From positions 2,142,453-2,206,452 of the forward strand of contig ML978122.1 in the NCBI GenBank assembly GCA_010015805.1: a stretch of DNA of 64,000 bases. Direction: 5' to 3'. Position numbers and translations under genes: made by a program. The notes beneath the pieces were generated by a model. That model saw only the letters and a program-made list of their open reading frames with translations, had not been told where the DNA came from and searched no databases. Position 1 is the stretch's first letter. Each line of letters starts with the position of its first letter. Of this stretch, positions 46,791 through 60,360 are shown piece after piece. The DNA comes from Rhizodiscina lignyota (taxonomy: Eukaryota).

Positions 46791-48089
46791 TCACGGTGAA
46801 TTTTGCTGAAGTAGAGCAAGTGGCCACTCCATTGCCCATTGCCATTCTTGAGGCAACATGCTCTGGATGCCATATACCTCTCTTTCCGCGAAGCCGTGAA
46901 ATATCCAATGATCATCCACAACCTTAGCCATCGCACAATGGAGAGACAGAATAGCTAATGCCCGTGGCCTCCCCTGCTCTACAAGAGCGATGAAATGCGT
47001 AGGAACAAGTGGTGCTAGAGATATAAGCCGACGAAAAATTAACCCCGGATCCTCCCGATCTAAGAGCGCGTGGTAGACGCCCGCGATATAGTATAAGGCT
47101 TGTTCGTACGCCGACTTGCTTTGCTCGTCGAGGTCAGGTTCCGGGAACTGTTCCCAGTCAAGGAGGGAGGCAAACGGTTTGCTATGCTCGGGGTTGAAGA
47201 TGGCAGCTCTGTCTCGAAAATTTGGTTCGCTAACTGAGGCCAGAAAGACACCAGGACATTGGTAGTCGTCAGATTCATACCGTGATTCCAGGAAGGGGAT
47301 TGTAGCGTCCGATACATGTCGAATTGCGTTTGCCATGCGGAGCCAGGCCGTTGGTGGAGTATATTCAATAGTTGGGTTATGTCCGTCAGGGAGCATTTTC
47401 AGTCCTTGGTATGAGAGTAGGACCGACGAGAGAAAGAGTGCATCGCTGTTTTCGGCGCATATATTCGTAAGGGCGTTTCTCTGCTGAGAGACAGCCAGAT
47501 TCAAATAGAACTGGTGAGCCATAACAGGGTCTATTCGCCCAAGAGACGTTTTCGGGAGGTTCAAGATGTGAGCCAGAGCGAGCGAGATCTCATCTTTGGT
47601 ATGATACCGAGGGCTAAGCGGAATATCGCGTGCCAGGTGGAGCGCTGACATGGCGAATATTGTATTCATGAGAAACTCATGCTCAAATCCAAGCCGGACA
47701 GCGTCGACTCTCCACATTTCAGAGATGAGCGAGGACGGAAAGCTGTATGACACTACGGAAGTGAAATGATGAAGTAAGCGAAGCTCAAGCATCCTTCGAT
47801 CATCGGCATTAGATATCATGCCATAGATCTCATCGTCGGTGTATGGTGTCTGGATGCTAAGATCGAGGCTAGCATGGCGTCCGGCCGACTGGTCAAAACC
47901 GTTTTCACGATGCGTCCCAGGGAATGGTGCAGCGCCTGCTTGCTGTGGAAAGTGATTGACATATTCGCATTCCACACCGTGTCTCTTGCAATTGTTACAC
48001 GTTGGATGGACTTCATCACATTTTACCTTTCTAACTTTGCACCTCTTGCAACCGTTTCTTGACTTTGTATGCGATAGGCGTGGAGCCAT
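46791..48089 (-). CDS. Zn2Cys6 transcription factor, Upc2-like architecture
   Basis: HTKSRNGCKRCKVRKVKCDEVHPTCNNCKRHGVECEY, ELRLLHHF, AMSALHL, C-terminal W..AMEWP. Confidence 0.93.
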   Translation of the reverse strand: MAPRLSHTKSRNGCKRCKVRKVKCDEVHPTCNNCKRHGVECEYVNHFPQQAGAAPFPGTHRENGFDQSAGRHASLDLSIQTPYTDDEIYGMISNADDRRMLELRLLHHFTSVVSYSFPSSLISEMWRVDAVRLGFEHEFLMNTIFAMSALHLARDIPLSPRYHTKDEISLALAHILNLPKTSLGRIDPVMAHQFYLNLAVSQQRNALTNICAENSDALFLSSVLLSYQGLKMLPDGHNPTIEYTPPTAWLRMANAIRHVSDATIPFLESRYESDDYQCPGVFLASVSEPNFRDRAAIFNPEHSKPFASLLDWEQFPEPDLDEQSKSAYEQALYYIAGVYHALLDREDPGLIFRRLISLAPLVPTHFIALVEQGRPRALAILSLHCAMAKVVDDHWIFHGFAEREVYGIQSMLPQEWQWAMEWPLALLQQNSP

Positions 48090-49764
48090 CTTTGTTCACA
48101 TGTGAGAATACAGATCACCCAGGCGCGTCGACGTTCGGTGGAAGTGGTGTCTGTAGCAGTGTCGATGACCCCATTTGAATCCGAACCAACTTATCATCTC
48201 AAAGGGATCTTTGAGAAGGACTCCGTATCATGCCTGTATCCGCAAAGGTGGGAGAACCTTGGAACGGGACTGTCCTGCCCTGTGACAGGGACATGTCCCC
48301 TGCATAACGACGGAGAAAGGTCGGAATGACGTACGGAAATTAGCCGTAATTTATGTGTAACGGCACGTTTTCAAAATCCCACCACATCATCGTCCTTTGA
48401 CGTGATCACCACCATGCCAATTCTGGCTCCAATGGAGTCCATTCTGTTGCCCACAACGCTAGCTTTACTGACAATTGGCTCATTCCGACCAGTGGCTGCT
48501 CTATGATCTGCGCTAATCTATCCCAGCGAAAGCAAGTCCATCACCGTCATTTCTGTTGCCGAATCTGATCTACCTCCTTACGGCTACAAACAATCGCGAA
48601 AGGGACTCTTACGCCTCTCAAATCACCGCAGCCGAGTTCGAGCCGTTTCCAACGGACTGTTGTCCGAACTGTCGCGAACATTTCGCAATAATGCATCTTC
48701 TAGAACTCTTACCGAACGCGACCTTCCGCCTGATCGAAAGTTCCCACACTAAGTGACCCCGGATATACCATCCTCTTTCACGGATACGGGAACCACGAAG
48801 TCACGTCTGGAGACAAAATTATGGATTCAGTCAAGTAATTCGGAGCTCTTGGGGTCGCTCAACTCCGTTCCTTGCTGCTGCCATGACGGTCAGAATGTTA
48901 CCTTTAGACATACCTGTCTGGTGTCTCTACATTATTATTGGGAAGCAAACCCCGGATTATTATATGCAAATTACACGGGAATAGCTTTTTCGGGAAGGTA
49001 GGTGACCCATTCGAGGCTGGACTCTCTAAGATGCTCTTACGAATAGTTCGGCAGAATTCTTCTCTGAAGAGAGCAAACCACATTGGTAGATTTCGGCCTT
49101 CGCAGCCTCTCATTTCGGCGCTAACTAGAAACCAGACTGGGCTAAAAACCACCAGATAACTCGAGAAGAAGATCGGCTCTTCCCCGGCTCAGATTGAGTC
49201 GGTTGCGGAGAAACTCAGACTGCTTCCTGCTCTCAATACTCATGGTATGCAATATACACACATACTCGCTTTACTATTGTTGATTAATATAGTCGTACTG
49301 ACTCTTCGAAGTCAATTTAAAGGAGGATTACACTCCGAGTACCGTGTTTGACTGCAATTACGTACCTGCAATGCTGATACTGCGATGTCGCGGATCGCGC
49401 GTCCCAGCTGTGTGTTGCGTGCTGCAGGAGCTGCATAACGCAATTGCGCCGCTCCACCACCTGGGCACGCAATTTTCGTTCCACCTAGGTATCCTGGCGA
49501 ATGAAAAAAATTGCTTCGCCCAGCAATCAGAAGTTAAGTCTGGATGGTCTTTTTACCCAACAGCCACCCGAGTAGTTATCGTCAGCACTATGGTCGATGA
49601 TACCATGTGGGCCTGTTTGCACATTACCGCGGACTGTGGATGCATACAACCATGATATATCATATATGTAGGTCGAGAATGTACTCCGCTACCTCCGTAA
49701 GAACATTGCGTCTCTCGTCTCATTCTTTCGTTGTCGAGATTGCTCGAATTGAGTGAGTTCCAAG

Positions 49765-51977
49765 ATGGCTGTTCAACTTCTCACCCAGGCCGATGGCTAT
49801 GGCGTTATCATTGGCCTTTCAGTGTTGTTCTGCCTGATCATCATTGGAGCAGTCCGCATACAGAAAAGGTACCTCTCGGAGGACAGCGATCAGTCGGAGA
49901 TGTTCATGGTCGCAAATCGTTCTGTCGGGACTGGATTGACGGCCTCTGCAGTCTTCTCGAGTTGGTAAGTTCGAATGGCAGTGTTATGGGGTATGTGTGT
50001 TAACCGTGGTTTCCAGGATGTGGATCAACGAGAGTGTCTTTTCGGCCGCCTACACCTACAAATGGGGTATCGCTCTGCCAATCTGGTGGGCAACTGGGCT
50101 TTCTTTCCAGATTGCGCTCATGGCCGTGCTCGGTATCGTGGCAAAGCTGCGAGTCCCCTACGCGCATACCTCGCTTGAAATCATGAAAATGAGATATGGA
50201 AAATACGTCCACTGGCTGTTCATCCTGTTGAACCTGGTCAACAATATCTTTGGGTGCGGCAGTATGATTCTCGCAGGTGCTCAGCTGGTGACTGGAATGA
50301 CTGGAATGCACGTTATCGCTGCGTGTATCCTACTTCCTGCAGGAGGTAAGTTCAGATAAAGGGCAGGGACCAGCGCGCCGATGCTAATCTTTGTGCTTTT
50401 GTAGTCGTCATCTACACTGCCGTTGGAGGTCTCAAAGCGACCTTCTTGACGGACTTCCTGCATACGATGATCGCTCTGATCCTCTTGATCTACTTCTCTC
50501 TTGCAGTCTTAACGAATGAGCACATCGGTGGCCTCTCTGGCTTGTATGACAAAGTGAAAGCCACGAACGATTATATTCCTGGGAACTTTGAGGGCTCGCT
50601 GTTGACCATGAAGTCCAAGAGCTGTAAGGCTCCCGATCATGTTCATATATTTACTCAACGTTCTATACTAACGCGGGATTAGCGGTCATGTTTGGCCTCG
50701 TTTTGAAGTTCGGAAACCTTGCACTTGTGCTTATGGACACGGCCTTCTGGCAGAAAGCGTTCGCTTCGGAAGTACACTCGACAGTCCCAGCATACGACCT
50801 CGTATCTATCGTCATCCTTGCCATACCTTGGTGTACCGGTACCATTATCGGCCTAAGCGCGCGCGCAATCGAAAAAACTCCGGTCTGGTTCATCTACCCC
50901 AACACCCTGACAGACACTCAGGTGAATTCTGGTCTCGTAATGCCTTACGTGCTGAGGTCTCTGCTTGGTAGAGGTGCCACTGGTGGCTTACTTGTGCTCG
51001 TTTTCATGGCTATCACCAGCACGGTATCTTCGTCCATGATTGCCGTTAGCAGTATCATCTCGCTCGATTTTTTCCGCACCTACATCAACCCACGTGCGTC
51101 CGACCGAGCAACTCTCAAGGTATCACATTGGGGTGTGGTTTTCCATGGCTGCTTCATGGCCGGCTTCGCTATTATGCTCGAGTACGCTGGCGCTACAAAT
51201 AACTGGTCCACTTACTTCCGACCCATCATATCATGTCCTGGCATCCTACCCTTGATCCTGACGCTCCTCTGGTCTAGACAAACGAAATTGGCGGCCATCC
51301 TTGCTCCTATTCTTGGACTTCTCTCGGGTCTGGCTACCTGGCTTGCATGTTCTTGGAAATGGTCTGGAGCGATCAACATTCAAACCACACAGGATCAGGT
51401 GCCTGGTCTCTACGGGGCTATCGTCTCCTTCTTCTCCCCTCTGCTCTATTCTGTTGTTATCTCTTTGGTGTGGCCGAAACGTTTCGACTGGCGCGAATTC
51501 CTGCGCATTGACCTTATTGAAGACACGAGCCAACCGAACAGCTCTCTGCAGTCCAAGGTACCAAGCAGCGAAGCCATAAATGAGCAGCTCAAGGCAGGCG
51601 ACGTTTCCGAGAAAGGAGCGTACCTCACAAGTAGACAGGAACCTGTCATACATCCAAAGAACGCCCAAGTGCCTCTCGACCAAGTCGTCCACCCCTTTGA
51701 TGACGAGACAATCAGACACATCAAAAAGTGGTTCAAATATGCCAGCATCTACTTTGTTGTCAACGTGCTGGTCACTATCGTCCTCTGGCCAATTCCTCTA
51801 TACCGGGACTGGATCTTTACAAAGAGCTTTTTCGGCGGCTGGGTCACCATGGCGATTATCTGGCATTTCGCTGCCATGTTCTGTGTCATTGTATACCCAT
51901 TCTATGATGGACGACATGCGATTGCTCGGGCGCTTCGCGGGATGGCGAATGAGTTGAAGGGAAAGAGACGAGGCTAA
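49765..51977 (+). CDS. Urea active transporter, sodium:solute symporter family (Dur3/UreA-like), 4 exons
   Basis: FMVANRSVGTGLTASAVFSSWMW, YTAVGGLKATFLTD, DTAFWQKAF, FMAITST. Introns 49965-50016, 50346-50404, 50624-50682. Confidence 0.93.
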
Positions 51978-52129
51978 CAGTGACAAAAGAGTTGGCCGTA
52001 GCTTTTAGCACGCCTGAACAGCTGTGATGTATAGACTCCCCAGAGAATAGAACGCAACTTTTACACACATGCGATCCATACATTCAATCCGCCTTGCAAC
52101 CAGTAAAATGTATTGTACAGGACACTCGC

Positions 52130-52400
52130 TATAACCCTTACTTAGTGTAGGTCACATCCGGAATTTCAAATTTTAGCGACGTCAGAATAACCTCTAAGGA
52201 TAGCTGGATTTGAAATATCGAACGCCTTAAGAGATGGCTAAGGAGGCTATTCTATAGCTGTTCTATGTATTTTAGCGCTTTTCTATATGTTCTTAACATT
52301 GTTTTTGGTATATTAATTTTATATAAACTTATTTTAAGCCTAAGGATTTACCTACTAAGCGAGCAGTCGAGTGCTCACTAGCTATATAGACGACAAGGCG
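52130..52400. other. AT/TpA-rich tract resembling RIP-mutated sequence
   Basis: Abrupt drop in GC with many TA dinucleotides (e.g. TATATTAATTTTATATAAACTTATTTTAAG) relative to the flanks. Confidence 0.4.
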
Positions 52401-53830
52401 ATCCCCTTAAAGGTGCATGAGGTTCCAAATTCGGAACAGCCCAATTTTCGTCATCCACTCCAATGGCTGATCTAAAATCTCCCCTTATCACCTTTCCACC
52501 TCATTGATTGTCCATTGCCCAACAAATCGATATGGACCCGTTTGATCCGCGGGGGCCAGAAAAGGGCGCAAATTGGACATCTCTGGCAACTGTCAGTGGT
52601 GTAACTCTCGGGTATGAGTGCATGCAAATCGGCACAACCCTTCCATCGGCAGGATGTAGATCAAGTGACAAGGCTGCACATTCTTCACCCAAATCTTGCG
52701 CCGACGAATTTGAAGAGACAAGGTCATTGGCCATGGACCACTGCGACTCCTCGTCGAGCCACGCCCCTACTTCGGCAAGAGCCTCCAATCTCTTTTGCAC
52801 CGAATGACGGTTCAGTAAACGGGCTGATCTCTCCGAGAAGATGGCGTCGGGCAGATTTTCCTTCAGGACACAAAGCACTGTCGCCCATGATAGAATACGT
52901 GCTGAAAGCAGTATTCCTGCAGCTATCACGTCCAAAGCCTTTCTGCAATGCGAGAAGTACAGGAAAATGCAAACCCCCGAATCTGCAACCTAAATGGATT
53001 TCATAAGCTGTTTAGTTCGCATGGGGTTCTCTTACTTATGACTGACCTGTAGTACTGCCAACATCAATACCAAGAAGTGTGATTTTTCCATTGTTAAACA
53101 AAAGGAAAACGACGAAGGGATTCTATAATATTTACGCTCTAGGTTCTATGGAGAACTCTTCACTGAAAACTCGACGATCTTAAATATCTTAGAGGAACGT
53201 CTCGATAGTTTATTACCGGATGGTTGCCGGTTGCATGAGGCTGACTCGTTATACTAACTTTCCGAGGATGGTGGACAATTTCGAGGCGAAGGGAACCGCT
53301 GAACGACCGGCAACTTTGAATTTCTGAATCCGGTTATACTGGAGTATCCTATTGGGAACGACTGAGCAGCCAATCACAATGTCTTCTCGCCCATTTTGAG
53401 GCTCTGGCCTGCAGAAATGCTATGCTTCAGGCACAATAGCCGCACCGCCCTACGTATCACATGAGCTACAGCTGCCTTTCTCCTCTCCTTTCTCTAAATC
53501 ATCTTCTTGAGTATTACAAGCATGATTCGGACGATAATTTGTTTAGCTAAGGGAGCAAAGTTTTGAGAGGGTTGTGGGGAGAATGGAGGAAGAAAGCGAA
53601 TATAAATACTTTCGCGCCTGAATGCCGTGCTGCCGTTAGCTCGATTTCGCTCGACTCTCTCACTCTTAGGTGAAGGTAATGCTAGATTTGTCTATTATCA
53701 TGGCTAAATCTCGTAAATATGAACATTGAAATGGAGGGGTATCATGAAAATAAAGACTTGCAAGACAACGCGCAAAGCGACCACCCAGCACCCAAAAGCC
53801 CAAGATATTTCATTTATACAGACTCATCAG

Positions 53831-54924
53831 TCAACCGTTCTTCGCCCTTGAACCTCTCTTCCCCCTTCCCTTTAGCTTTCCGCCCATGTTCTCCATTACA
53901 TCTCCCATACTATCGCCAGCGCGATCGATCTTGCCCTGCAAGTCGTGCTTCTCCATCTCATCCGCTGCATCCTCAGTGACGTCAGTCGATCCCTGAACGC
54001 CTGTCCCATGCATCCAGTCCAATACTCCGATGCCGCCAAAGTTTCCTGTATTGCCCTTGTTCGACAAGTAGTGCGCGTCTGCGCGTCTCGCCATGCGATT
54101 GACCACGATTGTGCCTGGGAGGAGTGCGGAGCCGTAGCCGGAGTAGACGAAGACCTCTTCCAGGGACGTGATTATGACGAGCAGCTGGAAGGTGAGGATG
54201 TGGTATCGGAATAGGTATGCTGGGAAATATAGCGGGATCCAGCGATGTAGCAGGTACGGGATGGGATGGTCATAGTTGCTAGCAAGTGAGAATGGAGCAG
54301 AGAGCGAGTGACACCACGTGCGATGCAGGTGAGCCGGTGAGAGACGGTTGCGCGACGGGCCGTGGAGGATGAAGCGGTGGATGTAGTAGGCGAGGATCTA
54401 TAAGTCTTCTGTTAGTCGGGCTGGCTCAAGCTTCCAAAGAATGTTCGGCTTACACCGCGTATCCCAAGAGCCCAAACAATGTCCATAAACATTGTCCACG
54501 GCAGGGGGAGACTCGTCGTGATCTTCAACGCGCTGCGAATGTGGAATGCCTTTAAGACGAGTTCGACTCCGGCCTGGAGAGCAATTCCTAAGCTGAGGTT
54601 GAGCAAAGATACACCAACGACTTTGGCAAGCCTCTTTCCGCCAAGTCGGCCTGGAAGTGAGACTTCGCCGTGCGCCTTCAGATTAACTGCCACGCTGGGG
54701 ATCAACGCATCGATGAGGAGGAAGAAAAGTGCGGGCGCAAGGTAGAAAACGGTCCTGCTCATGAGCGTCCCGATGATCTCGACCTTTAGAGGCGGATAGG
54801 AGAGCACGAGGATGCTCCATGTCATGTAGAAGAAGAGGAGATTGAGAGACGTAGAGTAACTGCTCAGCCATGGGAGGGCGAAGAATGAGAGGATGGGGAG
54901 GGATATGAAGGCGTCGAGGAACAT
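53831..54924 (-). CDS. Fatty acid hydroxylase/sterol desaturase superfamily protein with degenerate His boxes, 2 exons
   Basis: Intron 54453-54398. YYIHRFILH, YDHP, YSGY, GNFG..GVLDWMHGT. Confidence 0.85.
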
Positions 54925-55861
54925 GTTGAAAGCAGTTGCTGACTTGCCAAATTATGAGCGACCTTGTGAAGGGGTAACTGACATGTCTAGATTGAAATGC
55001 GAAGTTGTAGATGGAATGCGATATCGAAAGTCGCGATAGGAAATTGGGGTGGTTGGTTCAGCCACGCGCCATGACGTCTGCAGCTCGCTGGAGCTTTGAG
55101 CTTGACTCGCCCAGCGCAATGGTTTCAAAACGATTCAGGCAGAATTAGCCCACTCAATCGGGGACTTTCCCAGCGCATGCGAGGAGCTCTGGCCTCCCAA
55201 GCACTTTCGGCCCTGGTCCCGGCGGATTTGTGCGTGCAGATAGGGAGCACAGTTGGGCAGTGAGGCTGTTAAGGGAGCGCGCTGTAATTGCGCGCCGCAA
55301 GGGGGCGACGGCCATGCGCATTTGGCCATCACTGCAATACCAATGTTCATGCTCCGTATCCACCACGATATTTGACTTTTCGTGCGCACGCCTACCCGAC
55401 CTGTCACGTCCGAATACAGCTGCTCACTGCAGCTGTGAACAGGCGTCTCCTTGTCGCCGCCGTCCGATTGACTGGAAATTCGAAGCCACTGATCGGGAGC
55501 CAGCATTAGCCTCCGCCGGTCAGTGGGCCCTAGGGGACCCTCTGCACTCTCTCTGCGTCCTGCATCTCCCAAAAGCTACGAAAAATCCTCCGCTGCTCGA
55601 GGCTGCAGCTGCACTCCTGCATCTCATACTTCTACCAAGGGCCTCGCTGCTGCTGCTGTCTCGTATACACCTTTCCCCCACCCGCCCACCGCGCGACGCT
55701 GCTGAAGCGTGCAGACGCGCTCGGTTGGCGCGCTACTGGACCGGTCCCATAGGAGAGCTGCTCGCCATGCTCCAGCGAACCATTGCTAGGATATAGCCGC
55801 CTGCCATCGTATCTCTAACAATTAGGACTTGCTTAGCGACGGGACGGGCGCAATCGCAACG

Positions 55862-58800
55862 ATGCCGCGCATATGGCTCGACGCGACCGTCGACCTCGAC
55901 GATTTCGACCTGGTCCCCACTCCGCAATGGCGACCTCCTGTCCCATCCATCCCCGAAGAGCAGAACTACCCTCCGCAAACGCCTGTGGTCCCGCTGCGTA
56001 GACGGCGTCGTTCTATGCCACCGCCTGTCACGAGGCACGAAGGCGCCCGCAAGAAAAAATCTGCGCGACAGAAGAACGCACCCGACGTGATCTCGACTCT
56101 CGTCGACTCCCTCGCCACAATCTCGAGCCCAGCGGACGACCACTTCGATGCGATTCCATCGATAAATGGGATTGGTTTGCAACCACCACATCAAGGCGGA
56201 CATACTCTGCGTAGGGTCAGGTCGACTGAGGATAGGCTAAGAAGTAGCGATCTTCATTCGCGGTTTGGCCAGATCAGTGGCGGGAGTATCGACGACGCTG
56301 CGATACCACCTGTGATCAAGACAGCGCCTCCGCCCTCTGGTTTCTCTCCTATCACGGCACCCAAGATACCGAAGGAGAGTCCAGCGCGCACACACTTTTT
56401 CAAGACCGGCTCGAAGACGTCGCTGAATTCTCAGCGCAGCGGTGAGATCGGCAGCACCATGGGGAATCCTAGCTTGGACTCGATAGTTATGGGACAATCG
56501 GAAAGGAATGACGACGATGTAGCGGAGCCTCCAACCATTCCAACTGGTGGCGGCAGGAGAGAAAGACACAGGAGTCTGTTCACACCATCGCAAGAACGCA
56601 TGAGGGAACTGTATGCGGATCAGAAGAGGGCGACGGTCAGCTTGGGTGAAGACGCGATGAATCTGCTCAATATCCCTAGGTCGCGGCATCGCTCGACCAG
56701 CCCGAAGAAGAGTCGACACGCATTCGATCCGCCCCTAGAAGAATTGGAGTTTGAAGCGCGGATGAGTGAGGCCTTTGGCGGGACGAAAGCCAGTGGTAAG
56801 CGCCCAGTTCGAAAGCCCGTCATTTCGACCACTGCGGCAAGTCCAGATGTGCCAAAACGGCAGTCGTCGCTGCTGCACACGGATGGCTCCTCCTTTGCAA
56901 GTAGCTCAAAGTCACGACGCCGCAGCAACCGGTCTGAGGTGACCTCGAACCGATCTACTTCAAACCAGTCAGAACAGAGGAGGCATTCGAAACGCGAACC
57001 GAGCACCACATCAGAACCTGTAGTAGAGCCCATACTGGAGCCTGCAGCAGTGGAGCTGGTAGTGGAGGAACCTGTAATAGAGGAGCCTGTAATGGAGGAA
57101 GCGTTCAAGCTCGAAGACGTGGAAGACATTGACACTGAGGTGGTGAAGAGAATCAAAGAGCTTAAAGCACGGAAAGAGCTCCGCGAAAAAGAAGCCCTGG
57201 AACGCCTGCAACCTCCGGACTCATCGAGGCCAATACGGTCTCCCAGCACTCGACACGGACGATCCGCGAGCGACCCATCATCTCCATTTCCCAACGAAGA
57301 TTCCAAGATGCTGCTCGCACACAAACCTTCGATACTGGCAAAACGTGCATCGACAAATGATATCGCTGAACGGAGAGGGCTGGCTGTAGATGGCCAGGCA
57401 GACACGCGACCCATCACTCCGCTCACGCCTCTTGAGGCGACGAGCTTACCAATCAACTATAACTACGTACTGCAGACACTGGAGCGGGCCACACTCGAGC
57501 AGCGCGCCGAAAGACCAACCACCAGCAGGGCATCCAGCAAAGCTCCCAGTGGAAAAATAAGACCCAAGAGCCTTGGCGTCGGTGCGAGAAGCGAAGCTGC
57601 AAGACAAAGAGCAGTTTCAGCCATTGAAAAGGAGAAAGACAGTATGAGTCTGCGCGCCCAGTCGCCGCCGAGGCGGGCAAGCATTGGTGTGAGGGCGAAC
57701 AGCGAGGAACAGCCGGTGCGATATCGCCCACCTGAGGAATCCCAAAACCGCTTTACTCTCGATCCTGTCCCAGCGCCGACGAGGACGTCGAGTAAGAAGA
57801 AGGTCAAGAGGTGGAGTCATCCGGATCTTCCATTGCGCGCAGAGTTAGAGGGACCGCCGAAGCTCAGCAGAAGAGTTCGGGATTCAGAGCCTTTGGCTGT
57901 GAGACCACCTGAGCCACCTACACCAGTACCAGAAGAACCGGTACGGCCAAGCACATCGGATAGTATCGATGATGACATCAAGTCGTTCATCCATGCGCCG
58001 AGGTTGACGCAGAAGATACGACACCCCGAGACTGGACGCACGATTGCGTTTTCGGAAGTGGGAGACCCAAAGGGACATGTGGTGTTTTGCTGTGTTGGCA
58101 TGGGACTGACGCGATATGTTACCGCATTTTATGATGAGCTTGCGGCGACGCTGAAGCTGAGGCTCATCACGCCCGACCGACCTGGTGTTGGGGAGAGTCA
58201 AACGGACACTGGCGGTGGAAATCCGTTGAACTGGCCAGGTGAGCGGTTCCATCGCATAGACGCTTGCAGCCAACTTGAAATGATAACTAACGATTTGCAG
58301 ACGACGTCATGGCAATCTGCTCAGCCCTACACATTCCAAAGTTCTCCATTCTCGCACACAGCGCAGGCGCAATTTATGCACTTGCAACAGCGCTCCGTAT
58401 TCCGCAACATATTCGCGGCAAGGTGCACCTCCTCGCACCATGGATTCCACCGAGTCAGATGACGTCTATCGGTCTTCCCCAAGGTGCAGCCGGCAAAGCC
58501 GAGCAGCCACCTGGGATGGGCCAGCTACCCAAGAGCCAGAGACTACTGCGCGTCCTGCCAACGCCGTTCCTAAAAGTCGCGAATTCCGGCTTCATGACAG
58601 CGACGTCTGCCTCTTTGAGCCCGAAAACAGCGGGCACACCGACCAAGTCGAAGAGGAGTAAAACCTGGAAGGCCGACTCCCCGTCTGGTGGTGGTCTTGC
58701 GCACAGCAGGCATCCAAGCAGCACGCTAAGGCCAGGAATTCAGCATACGCGACGAGAATCGATCATGCTGATGGATCAGAATGTGATGCCAAGCGGCTCT

Positions 58801-59310
58801 GCGCTGAGTCTGGGAAGCAGCCATGGAAAAAGAGATGATGATCCGAGGCTTTTGGCTGCGATGACGCTGGCGGAGCAAGAGCGGCGGAGAGAGTATGATG
58901 CCAGACTCACGCTTTCCATCTGGTCGCTGGCCACGACGAACGCGAATCCGGCTGTTGATTTGTTGGTGTGTTTGGAAAGGACGCAGCCTATCGGGTTCCG
59001 GTATGTGGATATCAATAAGCAGGTCGTTATCCACCACGGTAGCAGGGACACGCGTGTCCCTGTGGATAATGTGAAGTGGCTCGGTAGGACGATGAGGAGA
59101 TGCGAAGTGAGGATCTTGGAAGGCGAAGGGCATGGCTTGATGGCCAGTGCGGGGGTTATGGGTAGCGTGCTGACGGAGATGGCGAGAGAGTGGGAAGAGT
59201 GGGATCGTGCTGTGAAGGAGAGGAAGGTCGAGAAGAAGGAGAGGGTGCAAGTCAACGGCCATGGGAACCACCGCGTTGACTCGAGCAGAGATGGATATAG
59301 AGTCCGATAA
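55862..59310 (+). CDS. Alpha/beta-hydrolase-fold protein with long disordered N-terminus, 2 exons
   Basis: IAFSEVGDPKG, LITPDRPGVG, nucleophile elbow AHSAG, HGSRDTRVP, GEGHGLMA. Intron 58239-58300. Confidence 0.88.
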
Positions 59311-60360
59311 GAGGGGAAGGGGAAATGCATGTGAGCAACAGCTTGGAAAGGAGTATTGGCGGATGAGGTTGGTCTTGATTGAGCGAGCGGATACCCCCCA
59401 TATGAACAGCGTCTCCTTGGATTTTTCTTTTGGCTAGCTTTGGGGCAGATTTTCCTTTCCCTATAAGACTTTTGTAATATCCGGCGGTATATGTGTTAAC
59501 TTTGGAATGACCGAGATGGTTGGATGCGATGTGGTGAGATTTGAAATGGCGATGCTCCATAGCTGGCTCAACTGTTGTAATGTCTTAATCCCTGTTTGCG
59601 ATCTCCACAAGCTGCATCACTCGCGCCCACCCTTTTTTCTCCCGCCAAGAAGAATAGATTTAGCGCCGAGAAATACCATTTTACAAAAGTTGAAATTTGG
59701 ATGAACCTCAGAAATAGGATTTCCCATGACCTCATCCCGTCCATCGCGCGGCCAAGGCTGTTACTATCGATTGTTGCTAGGACACGCCACATCCGCAGCC
59801 CCTGTAAACAGAAGGTCCAGCGCATCTTCACATCACCCTTCAGTCTGCCATTGCAAGAGACCCACCACACATTGCCCGAGCCAGAACCTTGATTCGCACT
59901 TACCTGCGCCTGACAATATTGCTAGTGTCTCGGATTGACTAACAGCTCGCTTGTCCGGGCGGGTGCACAGAAAACCACGAGGCCGGGCCCCAGCCTCTGA
60001 GGTGGCAGGAAGCGCACTAAAGGTTATCCACCACCACCACCCTCCCAGAATTCTTTCCCTCACTCTGTACACACATTCTATCGCTGCTACGCTCGTTTCT
60101 GATATACCCTCACTAACTTCGAGTTTTTCTTGCGACTGCATCGTGGTTGCGTTTGCGGAGCAGACGCCGGAGCAAGCAAGCAGCAGTTCGGCGGTGTGGA
60201 GGGGTAGCTTCGAGCTCGACAATTCGCTCCATCCCATTCGACAATTGCCGGAGTGCATTGCGAGACGACAAATACCTTTCTCCGGCGACAATCCTGCTTC
60301 AACTACATCTCTCGACGCGCGATCGACTCTCTCGCGGTCCGGGGAGGCCAACCGCCCACC

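Noticed and set aside
55661..55667. Upc2-type sterol element TCGTATA upstream of the desaturase-like gene
   Set aside because: A single 7-mer is expected by chance in 64 kb, and the same word also occurs at 31921 in an unrelated promoter.
56237..59330. Long antisense ORFs over the hydrolase (similar ones overlie RPN2, ILV1, SCC2 and the 60361 gene)
   Set aside because: Shadow ORFs caused by GC-rich codon usage on the coding strand.
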